From Candidatus Sericytochromatia bacterium (lineage in GTDB: Bacteria > Cyanobacteriota > Sericytochromatia > S15B-MN24 > UBA4093), in the NCBI GenBank assembly GCA_036676985.1, contig JAKFBU010000023.1, positions 192,001 to 256,000 on the forward strand: a stretch of 64,000 nt of DNA, given 5' to 3'. The notes beneath the pieces are model-generated. The model was not told the origin of the DNA. It searched no databases and worked only from the letters and a program-made list of their open reading frames with translations. Below, in pieces: positions 1 to 10,562 of this stretch (position 1 is its first letter; the number at the start of each line of letters is the position of its first letter). The position numbers were made by a program, and so were the translations under genes.

Positions 1-1
1 G

Positions 2-1366
2 GTGCTGGGCGAGGGCATCATGGCGGGCTGGGACGCCCTCATCATGGTGACGCTGACGCTCGCGACCATGGCGGGCACCATCCACTGGCAGCTGACGTTG
101 GTGGCCCTCCTGCCCCTGCCCTTGCTCATCCTCTTCGAGTGGGCGCTCGGTCGCCAGATCCACGTGCGCTTCAAGGCCGTGCAGGCCGCCTTCGGCACCC
201 TGTCCGAGCGGGTGCAGGAGAGCCTTTCGGGGGCACGGGTCATCAAGGCCTTTGCCCAGGAAGAGGCCGTCACCGCCCGGTTCCAGCAGGACAATGTCGC
301 GTACTACGAGCGCTTCATGACGCTCACGCGCCTCAACGCCCTGAACGACCCGGTCATCACGCTGCTCGGCGGCCTGAGCACCGTCATCGCGCTCGGGTAC
401 GGCGGCGCGCTCGTGCTGTCGGGCGAGCTGACGCTCGGTCAGTTCGTGGCCTTCAACAGCTACCTCGGCATGCTCGTCTGGCCCATGCTCGCCACGGGCT
501 GGGTCATCAACCTCGTCCAGCGCGGCACGGCCTCCATGGCCCGGATCCAGGCGCTGCTCGACGAGGCGCCGGACGTCTCGGACGCTCCAGGGGCCAAGGC
601 CCCCGAGGCCTGGCGGGGCCGGCTCGAGATCCGGAACCTCACCTTCCGCTACGCCCCCGAGCTGCCCGAGGTGCTGCGGGATGTCTCGGTGACGCTCCGC
701 CCGGGCGAGACGCTCGGCATCGTCGGTCGCACGGGCAGCGGCAAGTCGACGCTCGTCAACCTCCTGGTGCGGGTGTACGAGCCGCCCGAAGGCACCGTCT
801 TCCTGGACGGGCAGGACGTCCGGACCCTTGCGGTCGAGCCGCTGCGAAACGCCGTCGCCTACGTGCCGCAGGACGGCTTCCTGTTCTCGACGACCATCGC
901 CGAGAACGTGGCCTTCGCCCCGCGCGAGCCCGAGGCCGCGGACGTCCTGCGGGCGGCTGCTATCGCACAGCTCGACAGCGAGGTCCAGGACATGCCCCAC
1001 GGCTTCGAGACCATGCTCGGTGAGCGCGGCATCACGCTGTCGGGCGGGCAGCGCCAGCGCGTGAGCATCGCCCGGGCGGTCTTCAAGGACGCGCCGGTGC
1101 TCGTCCTCGACGACTGCCTCTCGGCGGTCGACACCCTGACCGAGGCGCGCATCCTTCAGGGCCTCAAGCCGCTGATGGCCGAGCGGACGACCATCATCGT
1201 CTCGCACCGGGTCTCGGCGTTGCAGCACGCCGACCAGATCCTCGTGCTGGACGCGGGCCGGGTCGTCGAGCGGGGGACCCACGCGGAGCTCCTGGCCCTC
1301 CAGGGAGAGTACCGCAAGCTATACGACCGCCAGGCGATCGAGGCGGCCATCGAGGCGGTGGAGTGA
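2..1366 (+). CDS. ABC exporter subunit (TMD+NBD), 5' truncated by window edge
   Basis: TM helices, Walker A GRTGSGKS, signature LSGGQRQR, degenerate Walker B VLVLDD; stop overlaps next start (TGATG). Confidence 0.93.
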   Translation: MLGEGIMAGWDALIMVTLTLATMAGTIHWQLTLVALLPLPLLILFEWALGRQIHVRFKAVQAAFGTLSERVQESLSGARVIKAFAQEEAVTARFQQDNVAYYERFMTLTRLNALNDPVITLLGGLSTVIALGYGGALVLSGELTLGQFVAFNSYLGMLVWPMLATGWVINLVQRGTASMARIQALLDEAPDVSDAPGAKAPEAWRGRLEIRNLTFRYAPELPEVLRDVSVTLRPGETLGIVGRTGSGKSTLVNLLVRVYEPPEGTVFLDGQDVRTLAVEPLRNAVAYVPQDGFLFSTTIAENVAFAPREPEAADVLRAAAIAQLDSEVQDMPHGFETMLGERGITLSGGQRQRVSIARAVFKDAPVLVLDDCLSAVDTLTEARILQGLKPLMAERTTIIVSHRVSALQHADQILVLDAGRVVERGTHAELLALQGEYRKLYDRQAIEAAIEAVE

Positions 1367-3183
1367 TGGCACGACAGAATTTCCACGAGGAAGATGCGCT
1401 CGCCAAGGGCTACGACCGCGACCTCATGCGGCGCCTGTTGGGCTACGCGCGCCCCCACTTCCGCACCATCGCGCTCTGCATCCTCTTTCTGGCGCTCTTG
1501 AGCGGGCTCCAGCTCTCGCAGCCCTACCTGGTCAAGGTCGCCATCGACCGGGTCCTCTTGCCCCTATCGGCGCTGCCCCTCGCCGAGCGCTCGGCGCGGC
1601 TCCCGGAGCTCTGGTGGCTGGTGGCCACGTATGCCGGCACCCTGTTGGCGGGCTTCGCCCTCTCCTACCTGCAGACCCTGCTCCTGCAGAGCACGGGGCA
1701 GCGCATCATCTACCAGATCCGCCAGGACGTCTTCTCGCACCTCCAGCGGATGAGCCTGTCGTACTACGACGCCAACCCGGTCGGGCGGCTCGTCACCCGC
1801 GTCACCAACGACACCGAGACGCTCAACGAGATGTACACCAGCGTCATGGTGAACCTCTTCCGCGACTGCTTCTCGATCGTGGGCATCCTCGCGATGCTCT
1901 TTTACCTCTCGCCGTCCCTGACGCTGGTCAGCCTGGCAATCCTGCCCGTGGTGGTGGGCGTGGTGCTCGTCTTCAGGCGGCTGGCCCGCGAGAACTCGCG
2001 CGAGACCCGCACCCGGCTCGCGCGGGTCAACGCGTTCATCGCCGAGAGCCTGTCCGGCATGCGCACCATCCAGCTCTTCAACCGCGAAGCCCGCCAGCAG
2101 CGGGAGTTCGACGGGGTGAGCAGCCAGTACCTGGCCGCCCTTTTCGGGCACTTGCGGATCTTCGCCGTCTTCCGCCCAGCCCTCGACCTCTTGGCCTCCT
2201 TCGCGCTGGCGCTCGTGCTCTGGCGGGGCGGACTCATGAGCATGCACGGCGCCCTGGAGCTCGGGACCCTCTACGCCTTCACGAGCTACGTCGGCCGCCT
2301 CTTCCAGCCCGTCAACGAGCTGGCGGAGAAGTTCAACCTCCTCCAGGCCGCCATGGCGAGCTCCGAGCGTATCTTCCAGCTCCTGGACACCCCGCCTGCC
2401 ATCCGGGACGCGGCCGAGTCCCATGCCCCCGCGGGCCTGGTGGGCGGTATCTCGTTCGAGAACGTGTGGTTTGCCTACGAAGACGACCACTGGGTCCTCA
2501 AGGACGTGAGCTTCGAGGTCAAGCCGGGCGAGACGGTGGCCTTCGTCGGTCACACGGGGGCCGGCAAGTCCTCCATCCTCAGCCTGGTGGCCCGCTTCTA
2601 CGAAGCCCAGCGGGGAACCGTGCGGGTCGACGGCGTGGACGTGCGTGAGTTCGACCAGGCCGCTCTACGGCGGGGCATCGGCTTCGTGCTCCAGGACGTC
2701 TTCCTGTTCGCGGGGGACGTCCAGTCGAACATCCGGCTGGACCACCCCGAGATCACCCCCGAGCAGGTCGAGGCCGCGGCCCGGGCCGTCGGAGCGGATC
2801 GCTTCATCCGGGCCCTGCCGGGAGGTTACGCGGCCCCGGTCTCGGAGCGCGGCAGCACCTTCTCCACCGGCGAGCGGCAGCTCATCGCCTTTGCACGGGC
2901 ATTGGCCTTCGACCCGGCGATCCTCGTGCTCGACGAGGCCACCGCGCATGTGGACAGCGAGACGGAGGCCCTCGTCCAGGAGGCCCTGAGCCGCTTGACC
3001 AAGGGGCGTACGACGCTCATCGTCGCGCACCGCCTCTCGACCATCCAGCATGCCGACCGGATCGTGGTGCTGCACAAGGGCGAGATCCGCGAGGTCGGAA
3101 GCCACACGGAGCTTCTGGCCCAGCAGGGCCTCTACTACAACCTCTGGCGGCTGCAGGTCGAGGCCGCCTTCGAGGTCTCATGA
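1366..3183 (+). CDS. ABC exporter subunit (TMD+NBD), partner of a heterodimeric BmrCD/TmrAB-like exporter
   Basis: GHTGAGKS, degenerate signature FSTGERQ, ILVLDEAT, AHRLST; translationally coupled to upstream subunit. Confidence 0.93.
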   Translation: MARQNFHEEDALAKGYDRDLMRRLLGYARPHFRTIALCILFLALLSGLQLSQPYLVKVAIDRVLLPLSALPLAERSARLPELWWLVATYAGTLLAGFALSYLQTLLLQSTGQRIIYQIRQDVFSHLQRMSLSYYDANPVGRLVTRVTNDTETLNEMYTSVMVNLFRDCFSIVGILAMLFYLSPSLTLVSLAILPVVVGVVLVFRRLARENSRETRTRLARVNAFIAESLSGMRTIQLFNREARQQREFDGVSSQYLAALFGHLRIFAVFRPALDLLASFALALVLWRGGLMSMHGALELGTLYAFTSYVGRLFQPVNELAEKFNLLQAAMASSERIFQLLDTPPAIRDAAESHAPAGLVGGISFENVWFAYEDDHWVLKDVSFEVKPGETVAFVGHTGAGKSSILSLVARFYEAQRGTVRVDGVDVREFDQAALRRGIGFVLQDVFLFAGDVQSNIRLDHPEITPEQVEAAARAVGADRFIRALPGGYAAPVSERGSTFSTGERQLIAFARALAFDPAILVLDEATAHVDSETEALVQEALSRLTKGRTTLIVAHRLSTIQHADRIVVLHKGEIREVGSHTELLAQQGLYYNLWRLQVEAAFEVS

Positions 3184-3239
3184 CAAAGACCAGTACGGCC
3201 CGAAGGCCGTACTGGCTCGCAAGGAACTGGGACTGGAGC

Positions 3240-3857
3240 CTAACGCCAACGGCGTCCGTAGCCGAAGCGGCCGTAACCGAAGCGGCCATAGCCGAAGCGG
3301 CTGAAGCCGTACGGATAGTAGAAGCTGCGATAAGCGTAGTAGGGGGTGTAGTAAGGATAGTAGCCGTAGTTGTAGTAGCTGTAGGGATAATAGGCGTAGG
3401 TGTAGGGATAGTAGGCGTACGGATAGTAGTAGCTACCAACGTTGTAGTACGGATAGTAGAAGTTACGGTAGCTCAAGAAGCGCAACCCACGGCCACGGAA
3501 GCCGAAACCACGCCAGCCGAAGCCACGACCACGCCACTGCTGAGTGCTGCGCTCACCGATCTGCGTCTGGTCGTCCGCCTGGGTTTCCATCTGCTGTATC
3601 TGGTCTGCCGGCAGCTCGACCAGCTGGTCAGCCGTCAGGCGCTGGGGAAGTTCCTGGACCGACAAGGGCGTGCCCAAGTTCTGTTCGACGGTGGCCTGGG
3701 TTGCGAACGTGGCAGCGTCCGCACCGTCGTTCACGGCCGCAATCTGCCGCTGCGTGTCAGGCTGGACCGGGGTCGTCGTCAGCGTCGGGGGCTTCTGGGA
3801 ACAACCGACGGTGGACGCCAGGGCAAGGGCTAGGACTGGAAGGAACCTAGTGTGCAT
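3240..3857 (-). CDS. Lipoprotein with Tyr/Pro-rich and RFGYG-repeat C-terminus, unknown function
   Basis: SD AAAGGAGG before ATG 3857; signal peptide ending TVGC; YYPY repeats and (RFGYG)3 tail. Confidence 0.8.
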   Translation of the reverse strand: MHTRFLPVLALALASTVGCSQKPPTLTTTPVQPDTQRQIAAVNDGADAATFATQATVEQNLGTPLSVQELPQRLTADQLVELPADQIQQMETQADDQTQIGERSTQQWRGRGFGWRGFGFRGRGLRFLSYRNFYYPYYNVGSYYYPYAYYPYTYAYYPYSYYNYGYYPYYTPYYAYRSFYYPYGFSRFGYGRFGYGRFGYGRRWR

Positions 3858-4110
3858 GTTTCCTCCTTTCACCTTGGCCGACCACCGCTGTGTTGCGTAC
3901 CGCTCTCTCACAGGGGCGGTGGTTGACCACGCCCTCGACAATAAGGGGCAGCGCCCCCAAGCAATACTGGAAAATCTCCCAATAAATGACCTGATGAGGC
4001 GTCGATTGAAATACAGCAAGACCAGGCGGTACCTGGCCTGAAAACGACCGCCTTGGGGGGGCTACCGCCCGCATGGCTGCTGAACGCCCCCTTGTTTCTT
4101 GACTAAGACT

Positions 4111-5475
4111 TTAGGGCAATGCGGCGAGTCGCTCGACGCGCGCGTGGAGCCACGGAATCTGGGCCAGGTGCTCGGGCTTCAAGAGGCAGGACCGCAGGAC
4201 GGTCACCGTCGGTCGATCCCACTCGAGCCCGGGGTCGTGGGCTTCGACGAGGGCCCGCGGCAATACCAGCTTCGCCAGGTAGACAGCGTCCGAGCCCGCG
4301 GACATGCCTGCCGAGAAGATGCGGTCCGTCTCTCGGCTGATGTCGCTCGCGCGCCGCCCGGCGCCGATGGCGTAGAAGGCGAGGATGTCCAGCTCGGGCT
4401 CCATGACCAGGCGCAGGCGATCGCTCGTGCGGATCCGGTCGGCCCAGTCCAGGGCGGCTTGGCGGGTGGCCTTGAGGATGGGGCCGAACCCTCGCTCGAG
4501 CTCCAGGGGGAAGGCCTGCAGCGTCGCCCAGAAGGCGGCCGCCGCGGCACCCGCGCGCGAGCACTCAAGGCTGATCTCCCCCAGGTGCAGCTCGGCCGAC
4601 GTGAAATAGGTGTAGGGGGAGTCGTGCTGGTAGAGGCGGCCCACCGAGGGGTCGCGGAAGAGCACGCTGCCGCAACCGTAGGGCTGCAGGCCGTGCTTGT
4701 GCGGATCCAGGACCACGCTGTCGGCCTCGGCGATCGCCCGGAACGGCGCTCCCGGCACCAGGTCGGCCGTGGCCAGGATCCGGTAGAAGCCGCCGTAGGC
4801 CGCGTCCACATGGACCCTGAAGCCGTGGCGGCGGCCCATGGCGACCAGCTCATGCACCGGATCGACCGCCCCCAGGGCCGTCGTGCCGGCGGTCGCCACG
4901 ACCGTGCCGATGGCATGCTCGGAGAGCTTGCGCTCGAGGTCCGCGAGATCCATGCGGCCGTTGGCGTCCACGCCCACCTCGACGGCGGCCATGCCGAGCA
5001 CCTCGGCCATGCGGCGGTGCGTGTAGTGGGCCTGGGAGCTGAAGGCGATCGCCTTGTCCGGGTGCAGGCTGCGCGCGACCCACAAGGCCTCGAGGTTCGC
5101 GATCGTGCCGCTCGAGGTCAGGTGCCCCAGGTGCTCGTCGTAGCCGAACAGGGAGGCGAGCGCCCGCACGGCCTCCCGCTCCATGGCCGCGGTGGCAGGC
5201 CCGCCGTCCAGGGCATGGTTGTTGGGATTGATTTGCATGGCGATGGCATAGGCGAGGCTTGCGATCGCATGGGGCGGCTTGAGCATCTGACCCGCGTACT
5301 GGGGGTGGAAGAACGGGTAGTTGTCGTGCAGTCGCGCCACCAGGTCGTCCAGGATACGGCGGACGGTTTCGTCGCTGAGCTCGAGCTCGGGCGCCCGCTC
5401 GAAGGGCGGCCATGTGCGCTGCCAGGAGTCGAGGGCCGTGAGGCCGTGGCGCAGGTGGTCGAGATACGAGTCCAT
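4111..5475 (-). CDS. Group II PLP-dependent decarboxylase
   Basis: [28 protein letters not shown] (PLP lysine). Confidence 0.88.
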   Translation of the reverse strand: MDSYLDHLRHGLTALDSWQRTWPPFERAPELELSDETVRRILDDLVARLHDNYPFFHPQYAGQMLKPPHAIASLAYAIAMQINPNNHALDGGPATAAMEREAVRALASLFGYDEHLGHLTSSGTIANLEALWVARSLHPDKAIAFSSQAHYTHRRMAEVLGMAAVEVGVDANGRMDLADLERKLSEHAIGTVVATAGTTALGAVDPVHELVAMGRRHGFRVHVDAAYGGFYRILATADLVPGAPFRAIAEADSVVLDPHKHGLQPYGCGSVLFRDPSVGRLYQHDSPYTYFTSAELHLGEISLECSRAGAAAAAFWATLQAFPLELERGFGPILKATRQAALDWADRIRTSDRLRLVMEPELDILAFYAIGAGRRASDISRETDRIFSAGMSAGSDAVYLAKLVLPRALVEAHDPGLEWDRPTVTVLRSCLLKPEHLAQIPWLHARVERLAALP

Positions 5476-5658
5476 GCAGGGTCCGTTCTAGGTGTCTGTG
5501 TCCCGGCGGGGCCGCCGGAGGGGGCTGGCGGGGCCATCATACCGTAGCCCCTCCCGCCGCTCAAGGCGGCCGCGACGCACCGCCGGATCGCGAACGGCCG
5601 AATTTTGGCTCCGATTGGATAGAGCAGGCTGCTTGCCGGGTATCCAAGCATTAGCGTC

Positions 5659-7110
5659 ATGAGAGACAACGAGACGACCGAAACCACCAATCAAGAGCGG
5701 ACACCCGACCAGCTCCTCCTAGAGCTCGCCGACCTGAGGGCTGAGCGTGAGTTTCTGGTGCGCGAAATCGAGCGCATCGAGACCGAGGCCAAGGAGACCA
5801 TCCACCGCCTGACGTTCATGGACACGCTCACGGGCTTGCCCAACCGTCTGCTCTTCCACGACCGCCTGACACACGCCCTCGCGGCCGCCCGCCGCAAGCA
5901 GCGTCACCTGGCGGTGCTCGTCGTCGACCTCGATCGCTTCAACCTCATCAACGACACGCTGGGCCACGAGACCGGCGACCTGTTGATCCGGGCCATCTCC
6001 GAGCGCCTCAAGTCCTGCCTACGCGACTGCGACACCGTCGCTCGCCTGGGCGGCGACGAGTTCACCGTGCTGCTCACCGAGATCGCGAACGTCGAAGACG
6101 CGCTCCTGGTCGCCCAGCGGATCGTCGACGAGCTCTCCTGCGCCTTCACCATCGACGAGCGCGAGCTCCTCCTGACGACGAGCATCGGCATCAGCCTCTA
6201 TCCGGCCGACGGCGAGGACAGCATGGCCCTCGTGAAGAACGCCAACGCGGCCCTTTACCGCGCCAAGGAGAACGGCAACACCTACCAGCACTACGCGCCG
6301 GCCATGAACGCGACGTCGGCCGAGCGCCTGGCGCTCGACAACAGCCTGCGGCGCGCCCTCGAGCGAAACGAGCTCCTGCTCTACTACCAGCCGCAGCTCG
6401 ACCTGCGCACCGGCAACATCGTGGGCGCCGAGGCCCTCATCCGCTGGCGCCACCCGGACCTGGGGCTCGTCTCGCCCGCGAAGTTCATTCCCCTGGCGGA
6501 GGACACCGGGCTCATCATTCCCATCACCGAGTGGGTGCTCAAGACCGCCTGCGAGCAGACCATGGCCTGGCACCGCGAGGGCTACGACGGGCTGCGCATC
6601 TCGGTGAACCTGTCCGGCAAGCATTTCCGGCACCGCAACCTGGGCCACACCATCACCAAGGCCCTCGAGGAGACGGGGCTGCCGCCCTCGTGCCTGGAGC
6701 TGGAGCTGACGGAAAGCATCCTCATGGAGAACCAGGACTCGACCATCGAGATCCTGCGTCTCTTGAACTACCTGGGCATCCAGTTCTCCATCGACGACTT
6801 CGGGACCGGGTACTCGTCCTTCAGCTACCTGAAGCGCTTCCCGATCAACACCGTGAAGGTCGATCAGTCGTTCGTGCGCGACCTGACGGCGAGCCCGGAC
6901 GACGCGGCCATCGTCACGGCCATCATCGCCATGGCCCACCGCATGCGCCTCAAGGTGCTGGCGGAAGGCGTGGAGACCGCCGAGCAGCTGGCCTTCCTGA
7001 CGGCGCATGCCTGCGATGAGATGCAGGGCTACTTCTTCAGCCGGCCGGTGCCGCCCGATGAGTTCCGGGAGCTGCTCAGGGCGCGGCGGGTCTTGGAGCT
7101 GCCGGCTTAG
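5659..7110 (+). CDS. Diguanylate cyclase/phosphodiesterase (GGDEF-EAL)
   Basis: DTLTGLPNR, RLGGDEF, EALIRW, IDDFGTGYSS; short N-terminal coiled coil. Confidence 0.95.
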   Translation: MRDNETTETTNQERTPDQLLLELADLRAEREFLVREIERIETEAKETIHRLTFMDTLTGLPNRLLFHDRLTHALAAARRKQRHLAVLVVDLDRFNLINDTLGHETGDLLIRAISERLKSCLRDCDTVARLGGDEFTVLLTEIANVEDALLVAQRIVDELSCAFTIDERELLLTTSIGISLYPADGEDSMALVKNANAALYRAKENGNTYQHYAPAMNATSAERLALDNSLRRALERNELLLYYQPQLDLRTGNIVGAEALIRWRHPDLGLVSPAKFIPLAEDTGLIIPITEWVLKTACEQTMAWHREGYDGLRISVNLSGKHFRHRNLGHTITKALEETGLPPSCLELELTESILMENQDSTIEILRLLNYLGIQFSIDDFGTGYSSFSYLKRFPINTVKVDQSFVRDLTASPDDAAIVTAIIAMAHRMRLKVLAEGVETAEQLAFLTAHACDEMQGYFFSRPVPPDEFRELLRARRVLELPA

Positions 7111-7111
7111 A

Positions 7112-8236
7112 TCAGACCGCGACCGGAGTAGGTGCCGGGGCCTTGGGGCGCCGCACCATGAAGGGTCGCTCCACCCAGCGGTAGAAGGCCGCCGCCAGTA
7201 GCAGGCTGAGGGCCACCCCGACCACCAAGGTCACGCCCGTGTGCACGGCCGCATTGCCCGGCACCAACCGCGTGACGGCGTAGTTGACGTAAAAGCACGT
7301 GGGCCGGTTCACCAAGTAGAAGCTGTACGACATCTCGCCGATGGCTACGAGCCAGGGAGCTGCGAGCCACGTGCGCACGCCCGCCGAGCGAACGATGACG
7401 CCCCCGATGGCCAGGCCCATGCACGCGTCCGACAGCGGCCAGATCCCCCAGGGATGGAAGTACCAGTAGAACCCCGCGGCCACCAACATCGGCAAGGCGA
7501 CCATCCAGAGCCGGTCGGCGGAGCCAGGCAACCGGGGACGCCAGGCATTACGCGCCAACCACGCGGCCACCATCCCGGCCGTGAAGATCGAGAGGCGACC
7601 GAGGATGGACCCGAGCGCCATCTGCGAGGCCACCGCATTCACCGGACCGACCGCCTGCCATGCCAGGAAGCGGAAGGCCAGACAGAAGGCCAGGATCGCG
7701 AACACGCCCCCCCAGCGGAAACGCAGGATGAGCAGCGCCAGGAGCGGGAAGATCGCGTAGAACTGGGCCTCGAGGCTCAGGGACCAGAAGCTCGGGTTGA
7801 TGCCCGCCTGGGTGGCGGGAAAGAGGTTGTGGACCAAGGTCAGGTGAGCTATCAACTGCCACGCCGACGGCACGGCCCCGGGCGTGTAGGCGAGCCCCAG
7901 GGCCAGGAAGAAGGGGGCAACGAGGAACGGCAGGGCGATCGCGAAGGCGATCGCCGCGTAATAAGGCGGCAGGATGCGACGCGCCCGCCGCACGAAGTAC
8001 TCGCGCCAGTGGCCCGGGGCGAGCCTCTTCTCGGCGATCGGATAGAACAGGCAAAAGCCGCTCAGCACCATGAAGACCTCGACCCCCAGGTGCCCGCTCC
8101 GGAAGAGGGGCGTGAGGAAGCCGAGGTCCGGGTCCTGGTTGAAGCGCCACACGTCGAAGGCGATCACCCACAACGCCGAGAGGGCGCGCAGGCTGTCGAC
8201 GAAGGCCAGGCGGGAGACGGGCTTGGTCTGAGTCAT
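7112..8236 (-). CDS. Acyltransferase family 3 (OafA-like) membrane protein
   Basis: DSLRA, GVEVFMVLSGF, RRARRILPPY, WSLSLEAQFY, GEMSYSFYL; multiple TM helices. Confidence 0.9.
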   Translation of the reverse strand: MTQTKPVSRLAFVDSLRALSALWVIAFDVWRFNQDPDLGFLTPLFRSGHLGVEVFMVLSGFCLFYPIAEKRLAPGHWREYFVRRARRILPPYYAAIAFAIALPFLVAPFFLALGLAYTPGAVPSAWQLIAHLTLVHNLFPATQAGINPSFWSLSLEAQFYAIFPLLALLILRFRWGGVFAILAFCLAFRFLAWQAVGPVNAVASQMALGSILGRLSIFTAGMVAAWLARNAWRPRLPGSADRLWMVALPMLVAAGFYWYFHPWGIWPLSDACMGLAIGGVIVRSAGVRTWLAAPWLVAIGEMSYSFYLVNRPTCFYVNYAVTRLVPGNAAVHTGVTLVVGVALSLLLAAAFYRWVERPFMVRRPKAPAPTPVAV

Positions 8237-8333
8237 GGGCACCCCCACCGGAAACGAGCAAGCGTACGATTGGCACCCGTTATAGCTCCCGGCGGGGGGA
8301 AAAGGCCTTGGTCAACATGCACGAACCGATCGA

Positions 8334-9347
8334 TCAGGACTTGGCGAGCCGGACCTCGGGCTCCGTAAGGGCCAGGATCGCCTCGGCGAAAGCCTCGGCC
8401 ATCAGCTCGTTGCCCGCGGCGTTGGGATGCAGGTCGCCCTGGGACACCGAGTCCGGCAGGGAGGGGTCGTAGGGGGCCTCATGGTAAAAGAGGTCCCAGA
8501 CTCCGCCCTCGGCCGCCCGGCGGAAGATGGTCGCAAAGGACACGAGGTGGGCGCCATGTCGCTCGGCGGCCGCGGCGATCTCCCGGTTGTAGGGAGCCGA
8601 GACCTCGTTCCAATCACCGTCCCAGCGGGGCTTGTAGGGGATGTCCGCCACGATCACGCCCGGCGAAACCCGGGAGAGCGGCTGCAAGAGGTCGTCCAAG
8701 GCCTCGGGGAAGCGCGACAGCGTGGTGTTGAAGACGTCGTTGGTGCCGAACTCCACGAGCGTGACGTCCGGGTTCTGGTTCAGGACGTCGTCCGTCAGGC
8801 GCTGGATCGCCTTGGCGTAGGTGTCGCCGCTCTTTCCTTGATCCACGAAGTCCACCCAGAACCCCGGGCGCGCGGCCTGGATCCGGCCCACCAGCTTCAT
8901 GACGAAGCGATCGCCGAGGTCCACCTTGAGCCCCGCCGTGAGGCTGTCCCCGAAGCCCACGACCCGCACGCCCGACGGGCTGAGGCGCGCCTCGAGCTTC
9001 GCCCCCTTCGGCAGGGGCCCCTTGTAGGTCAGGGGCAGGTAGCCCGGCCGCACGAGCCGCACCGAGTGCGTCTCCGCGGCGGCCACCTTGACACCCCAGC
9101 GGCCGTCGGACTGCTGCTCCGCCCGGACCCCGTCCACCTCGACCCTCAGCGAGGTGATAGTACGGCCTCGCAAGCGATCGCTCGCCTGCACCTCCAGGTA
9201 CAGGCTAGGCCGCTCGGCGGTCCCGACGGGCTCCGGGGGCGGAGTGGCCGGGCTCGGTACGACGGGAAGGGAACCGGATTGACAGGCCATCAGCAGGCCG
9301 CACACCGCCAGGACAGACGACCTGAGGATTGAGACGCGAACGCTCAC
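8334..9347 (-). CDS. SGNH/GDSL hydrolase lipoprotein
   Basis: Lipobox LMAC; FGDSLT, EFGTND, DLHPN; GTG start with GAGGA SD. Confidence 0.85.
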   Translation of the reverse strand: MSVRVSILRSSVLAVCGLLMACQSGSLPVVPSPATPPPEPVGTAERPSLYLEVQASDRLRGRTITSLRVEVDGVRAEQQSDGRWGVKVAAAETHSVRLVRPGYLPLTYKGPLPKGAKLEARLSPSGVRVVGFGDSLTAGLKVDLGDRFVMKLVGRIQAARPGFWVDFVDQGKSGDTYAKAIQRLTDDVLNQNPDVTLVEFGTNDVFNTTLSRFPEALDDLLQPLSRVSPGVIVADIPYKPRWDGDWNEVSAPYNREIAAAAERHGAHLVSFATIFRRAAEGGVWDLFYHEAPYDPSLPDSVSQGDLHPNAAGNELMAEAFAEAILALTEPEVRLAKS

Positions 9348-9546
9348 TGGCTCGATCCTCCGCGTGAAACATGGGGCAGCCGTTCGTGCGCAGCCCCGCA
9401 GGGGCCTGTCCTTCACGATAGAACGACGGGCCGCCCGCATGCATCGCAACCTCCGCCAGCCTTGTTCGGCGATAGCGGGCGGGCGAGACTCTTGCTTCGG
9501 CTCGTCAAGGGCGCTATCCTGCAAGTCCCCCCGAGCAAGCGAGCCC

Positions 9547-10467
9547 ATGAGCGCCTCCATCTTCCGCCATATCGTCCAAGCAACCCCACCGCACGCCACC
9601 GTCGCGGGCGTGCTGTCGCACCAGCTGCGCATGTCCCGGCACCTGGTGCGTCAGCTCAAGGCCGCCGACGGCATCTTCCTGAACGGCGAGCCCGTCCGGG
9701 TCTCACACCCGGCGCAGGAGGGCGACCTCTTGGAGCTGCAGCTGCCGGAGGCCCCCTCGGACAAGGTGGACCCGGAGCCGGTGCCCGTGGACATCCTCTA
9801 CGAGGATGACGACCTCGTCGTGCTCAACAAGCCGCCCGGCCTGGTGGTGCACCCGACGCACGGCTGCCACCACGGCACGCTCGCCAACGGCCTCGCGCAC
9901 TACTACCGCTCGCGCGGCCTCTCGGTCGGCATGCACCCGGTGCATCGCATCGATCGAGACACCTCCGGCCTGGTGGTCTTCGCCAAGCACGGCTACGCCC
10001 ACCAGCAACTGGCCGATCAGCTCGAGGAGTTCAAGCTGGATCGCGAGTACGTGGCGATCGCCGAAGGCCTCCTGGAAGCCGATCGCGGCGTCATCACGGC
10101 CCCCATCGCGCGGCGTCCGGGGCCCGGCGGCTACCGCGAGATCGCGGCCCACGGCCAACCGGCCATCACCCGCTACCAGGTGCTGGCGCGCAGCCGAGAG
10201 GCCCGAGAGACCCTGGTCTCCCTGCGCCTGGAGACGGGTCGGACCCACCAGATCCGGGTCCATCTGATGGACATGGGACATCCGCTCCTCGGGGACAAGC
10301 TGTACGGGCGCCCCCATGCCGAGGTCGGGCGACAGGCGCTCCACGCCCATACCCTGAGCTTTCGTCACCCCCGGACCCAAGCGCTCATGCGCCTTGTAGC
10401 CCCCTTGCCGGAGGACCTCTCCGGCTACGTGAAACGAACGTTCGGCGTCACGCTGGATCTCCCGTGA
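9547..10467 (+). CDS. RluA-family pseudouridine synthase
   Basis: ILYEDDDLVVLNKPPG, HRIDRDTSG, LETGRTHQIRVH. Confidence 0.93.
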   Translation: MSASIFRHIVQATPPHATVAGVLSHQLRMSRHLVRQLKAADGIFLNGEPVRVSHPAQEGDLLELQLPEAPSDKVDPEPVPVDILYEDDDLVVLNKPPGLVVHPTHGCHHGTLANGLAHYYRSRGLSVGMHPVHRIDRDTSGLVVFAKHGYAHQQLADQLEEFKLDREYVAIAEGLLEADRGVITAPIARRPGPGGYREIAAHGQPAITRYQVLARSREARETLVSLRLETGRTHQIRVHLMDMGHPLLGDKLYGRPHAEVGRQALHAHTLSFRHPRTQALMRLVAPLPEDLSGYVKRTFGVTLDLP

Positions 10468-10521
10468 GGCGCCGCTCCTGACGGAGGGTTCGCCGAGCTC
10501 CGGCCCGCCATCCCCATCTTC

Positions 10522-10562
10522 AAGGCCCATGACCCCCGAAGCGGTTGGTCATGGGCCTTTTT
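10522..10562 (+). terminator. Intrinsic terminator
   Basis: AAGGCCCATGACC / GGTCATGGGCCTT stem followed by T tract. Confidence 0.7.

Noticed and set aside
3180-3833. 217-aa Val-rich + strand ORF
   Set aside because: Antisense shadow of the Tyr-rich gene, which has the SD and signal peptide
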